From a virus: DNA of 6,291 nt. Location: IMG/VR virus record IMGVR_UViG_3300009365_002071, one strand, 5' to 3'. Shown piece after piece: positions 4,321-6,291 of the stretch. Every line of letters begins with the position of its first letter. The first letter of the stretch is position 1. The notes beneath the pieces were generated by a model. It did no database searches, had not been told where the DNA came from, and worked only from the letters and a program-made list of their open reading frames with translations. A program made the translations under genes and the position numbers.

Positions 4321-5564
4321 TGATCGCTTTTCATGAGGGTTTGCCCGGTGCTGGTAAGTCGTATGAGGCGTGTTGTTACCACATCCTGCCCGCGCTCAAG
4401 GCTGGCCGGCACGTTGTCACCAACATTCGCGGCATTAACTGCGAAAAGTTTGCTGAGCTGCTCGACGAACCTGTCGAACTCGTTGAAATGCTGGTTACCC
4501 AGATCGAACCAGCAGAGCAGGAGGACGACGAGAAGGAAATCACCCGCGTCAAAGACGAATTTGCTACCAGGACGCCTGATGGTGCCCTGATCGTCTGGGA
4601 CGAGATTCAGGACTATTATCCGAGCGGCAATTACAAGCTGCCTCACTCGCATCAGAAATTTTGGACCGAACACCGGCACCGTGGTCTTGATATCGTCATC
4701 ATGGGTCAGGACCGTGACGACGTTCATAAGATCATCCGATCCCGCATTGAGGCGTTAACCTACTTCCTCAAGCTGAAAGCTGTCGGCCAGCCCAACAAGT
4801 ACAAGTGGGAACACTACGAACGCCAGCGTAAGGGCAAGTTTGAAAAGATCGGCTCCGGTGTCCGATCTTATGACAGCCAGTATTTCGGCCTCTACTTGAG
4901 CCACCGCAAGGAGGGCATCAAGTCCAGCGTGTACACAACCGGCCGCACCAACGTTTTGAAGAACACCAAGCTCCTTACTCTCGGCGTTCCTGTCGCCTTC
5001 GCTGCTGCTATTTACGGCGTATCCCACCTGTGGTCCTTCTTCCATCCTGAACCAGCACCAACGCCCCCAAAGGTCGGCGTCTCCTATTCTCGCGCTCCTG
5101 CTGCGGCTTCATCACCTCCACCAGCCGCAGTACCTTCTTCACCTGGTCAACACGCTCGCACATCCGAACCCGAGCCTGAGCCGATCGACTATTTCGACCG
5201 CATGGCCACTGCCTATTCTGTCCGGCTTTCAGGTTTGATTTCCTCCGAGCAGGAGGGCAAAGAACTGCTCGGTTATGTCGAGATGCTGGATTCCAGCTAT
5301 CACGTTAAAGAGCGTTTCACGGTCCAGGATATCCAGGCTTTGGGCTGGGCTGTCTCGCATGAGGTTTACGGTCTACTGATTGTCAAAGAAGGCGTCAGGC
5401 ATGTCGCTCGCGCTTGGCCTCTCGACCTATTCGGGCGCGTCGATCAACGAACGGCAAACAGCCTGGATACCAGCCAAAAGCCTTTAGGCTTGGCTGGTTT
5501 CCAGGCTGAAACCCGGTCCTATGTCACCGTCATCAATGACTCGTCACCACCAAGCGCGCCCTAG
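4320..5564 (+). CDS. Zot-family assembly ATPase (gene I / pI analogue), 414 aa
   Basis: The N-terminus MIAFHEGLPGAGKSYEA carries Walker A (GLPGAGKS). Walker B-like ALIVWDEIQ is present, as is the conserved HRHRGLDIVIMGQD block. A single TM segment (LLTLGVPVAFAAAIYGVSHLWSFF) is followed by a Pro-rich linker and a C-terminal periplasmic domain. The start could alternatively be GTG 4314. Confidence 0.95.
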   Translation: MIAFHEGLPGAGKSYEACCYHILPALKAGRHVVTNIRGINCEKFAELLDEPVELVEMLVTQIEPAEQEDDEKEITRVKDEFATRTPDGALIVWDEIQDYYPSGNYKLPHSHQKFWTEHRHRGLDIVIMGQDRDDVHKIIRSRIEALTYFLKLKAVGQPNKYKWEHYERQRKGKFEKIGSGVRSYDSQYFGLYLSHRKEGIKSSVYTTGRTNVLKNTKLLTLGVPVAFAAAIYGVSHLWSFFHPEPAPTPPKVGVSYSRAPAAASSPPPAAVPSSPGQHARTSEPEPEPIDYFDRMATAYSVRLSGLISSEQEGKELLGYVEMLDSSYHVKERFTVQDIQALGWAVSHEVYGLLIVKEGVRHVARAWPLDLFGRVDQRTANSLDTSQKPLGLAGFQAETRSYVTVINDSSPPSAP

Positions 5565-5582
5565 TCACGACCGTTCGTCGGT

Positions 5583-5637
5583 AATTTTGGTAACGTTACG
5601 ATAATCCGTTGTTTAATTTCGGTAACGTTACTATAAT
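5583..5637 (+). promoter_or_regulatory. Two tandem 23-bp operator-like repeats, each with the perfect palindrome GTAACGTTAC abutting a -10 hexamer
   Basis: R1 is AATTTTGGTAACGTTACGATAAT (5583-5605). R2 is AATTTCGGTAACGTTACTATAAT (5615-5637). They are 21/23 identical and spaced 32 bp centre to centre. The palindromes lie at 5590-5599 and 5622-5631. Confidence 0.6.
5609..5637 (+). promoter_or_regulatory. Sigma70-type promoter for the orf96-orf101 cassette
   Basis: TTGTTT (5609-5614), a 17-nt spacer, then the consensus TATAAT (5632-5637). The operator palindrome fills the spacer. SD GGAGG (5653-5657) and ATG 5665 lie downstream. Confidence 0.55.
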
Positions 5638-5664
5638 TAAGTCACCAACAACGGAGGCGCGGAA

Positions 5665-5955
5665 ATGTCATTCAACAAAGCACGATTCAACCTTTTTGTG
5701 GACGAAGTCATCACCCGACTTGTTGATTTATCCAACGCTGTTAATCGTGGCGATACATTCACCCGAAACGGAGAATCGCAGTATTTACAGGGTTTGATCT
5801 GGGGTGCTCATCTCGGCGGCATGATTACATCTGACCAATGGGGATCGCTCGGCAATTTGATCTGCGCGATTGCATACCAGGAAGACGGGGCACCGCTGGA
5901 ATCAAGCCTTATTGGCCCGATTGTTGAGTCCGTACTTCCGGAGCGCCTGCAATGA
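5665..5955 (+). CDS. Hypothetical soluble protein, 96 aa (orf96)
   Basis: GGAGG lies 7 nt upstream of the ATG. The stop overlaps the next start (ATGA at 5952-5955). There is no TM segment and I recognise no motif. GC is lower than in the core genes. Confidence 0.65.
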   Translation: MSFNKARFNLFVDEVITRLVDLSNAVNRGDTFTRNGESQYLQGLIWGAHLGGMITSDQWGSLGNLICAIAYQEDGAPLESSLIGPIVESVLPERLQ

Positions 5956-6257
5956 AAGATCAAGCCGACAAGCAAACTTCAGAATTGCCGCTTAACGGTA
6001 ACGTACCCAAAAAACGCGGTCGCCCGAAAACTGGCAAGGCGTTATCCAATGCCGAGAAGCAGCGCCGCTACCGCCAGCGAAAGTCCCAGGGTGATCAGGC
6101 CGTCGCCTATCGTGAGGAAGCCAAGCGCCTCTATGCCCAGCTTGTAACGGCTAACCGTGAGGTTGATCTTTGCCGCTATGAGCGTTCCGAAGCGTTCCGC
6201 GTTGTTGAGATATACCGACAGCGCCTGGAGCAAGCTGGATTATCGACGGATTATTAG
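5952..6257 (+). CDS. Small basic DNA-binding-like protein, 101 aa: AT-hook-like KKRGRPKTGK, basic stretch AEKQRRYRQRK, and a C-terminal helical/coiled-coil-like region (orf101)
   Basis: GGAG (5940-5943) lies 8 nt before ATG 5952, translationally coupled to orf96. RGRP is the AT-hook core. An Arg/Lys-rich segment follows, then the amphipathic EEAKRLYAQLVTANREVDLCRYERSEAFRVVEIYRQRLEQ. The gene runs across the circular junction. Confidence 0.72.
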   Translation: MKDQADKQTSELPLNGNVPKKRGRPKTGKALSNAEKQRRYRQRKSQGDQAVAYREEAKRLYAQLVTANREVDLCRYERSEAFRVVEIYRQRLEQAGLSTDY

Positions 6258-6291
6258 GACCTCCGTCGCCTGGACGCGATCACGGTCAGTC
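6173..6291. repeat. Terminal direct repeat, copy 2 (circular-contig overlap)
   Basis: Identical to 1-119 (offset 6172). Confidence 0.95.

Larger units (their letters stand above)
1..6172 (+). mobile_element. Complete genome unit of a filamentous (inovirus-like) ssDNA phage; circular, 6,172 nt
   Basis: The 119-nt exact overlap of the window ends defines the circle. The full inovirus core set is present in canonical order on one strand: Rep, SSB, major coat, pIII-like, pVI-like, Zot/pI. Genes are tightly packed with overlapping stop/start codons (TGATG at 2786-2790, TAATG at 4318-4322, ATGA at 5952-5955). Confidence 0.85.

Noticed and set aside
4686-4692. CTTGATA, the pC194/phiX174-family nick-site core, as the plus-strand origin
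   Set aside because: It is the only copy in the genome. However, it lies inside the conserved Zot block RGLDIVIMGQD (codons GGT CTT GAT ATC), is not presented in a hairpin loop, and a 7-mer is expected by chance about once in a genome this size counting both strands. It is still worth including in a Rep nicking assay.
4311-4727. 138-aa minus-strand ORF antisense to the Zot N-terminal domain (also 4755..5045 minus and 4333..4590 plus)
   Set aside because: They overlap the most confidently assigned gene in the window (Walker A/B intact in the plus frame) and have no initiation signals or recognisable motifs.
5609-5797. 62-aa TTG-initiated ORF overlapping the promoter and orf96
   Set aside because: It starts within the -35 element and reads through the operator repeats in a frame overlapping the well-signalled orf96. 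It has no SD.

Overview
The window is one complete, circularly closed genome of a small filamentous ssDNA phage (inovirus-like, Pf3-style architecture). Nt 1-119 are base-for-base identical to nt 6173-6291, so the unit length is 6,172 nt. The linear break falls inside the last gene. Plus-strand gene order is: HUH rolling-circle Rep (333..1676), Pf3-like ssDNA-binding protein (1847..2119), 90-aa membrane protein (2238..2510), a 44-aa leaderless major coat protein missing from the ORF track (2516..2650) followed by a strong intrinsic terminator, a 27-aa hydrophobic micro-ORF (2705..2788), a Cys-rich and Gly-rich pIII-like adsorption protein (2788..4017), a pVI-like protein (4027..4320), and a Zot/pI assembly ATPase (4320..5564). 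After that comes an AT-rich control region with two 23-bp repeats, each carrying a perfect palindrome GTAACGTTAC. It drives a lower-GC two-gene cassette: orf96 and a 101-aa AT-hook/basic/coiled-coil protein. The only minus-strand gene is a ribbon-helix-helix protein (1758..1588). It overlaps the rep 3' end convergently by 89 nt and sits divergent to the structural operon. No secretin (pIV), integrase or convincing dif-like site is present. The points most worth follow-up are the rep/RHH antisense topology, with a minus-oriented terminator on the far side of rep; the mirrored translation-initiation regions at 1754-1851; the tandem palindromic operator/promoter module; and the uncharacterised orf96-orf101 cassette. 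All family assignments come from motifs read by eye and from memory of these families. No database search was run.
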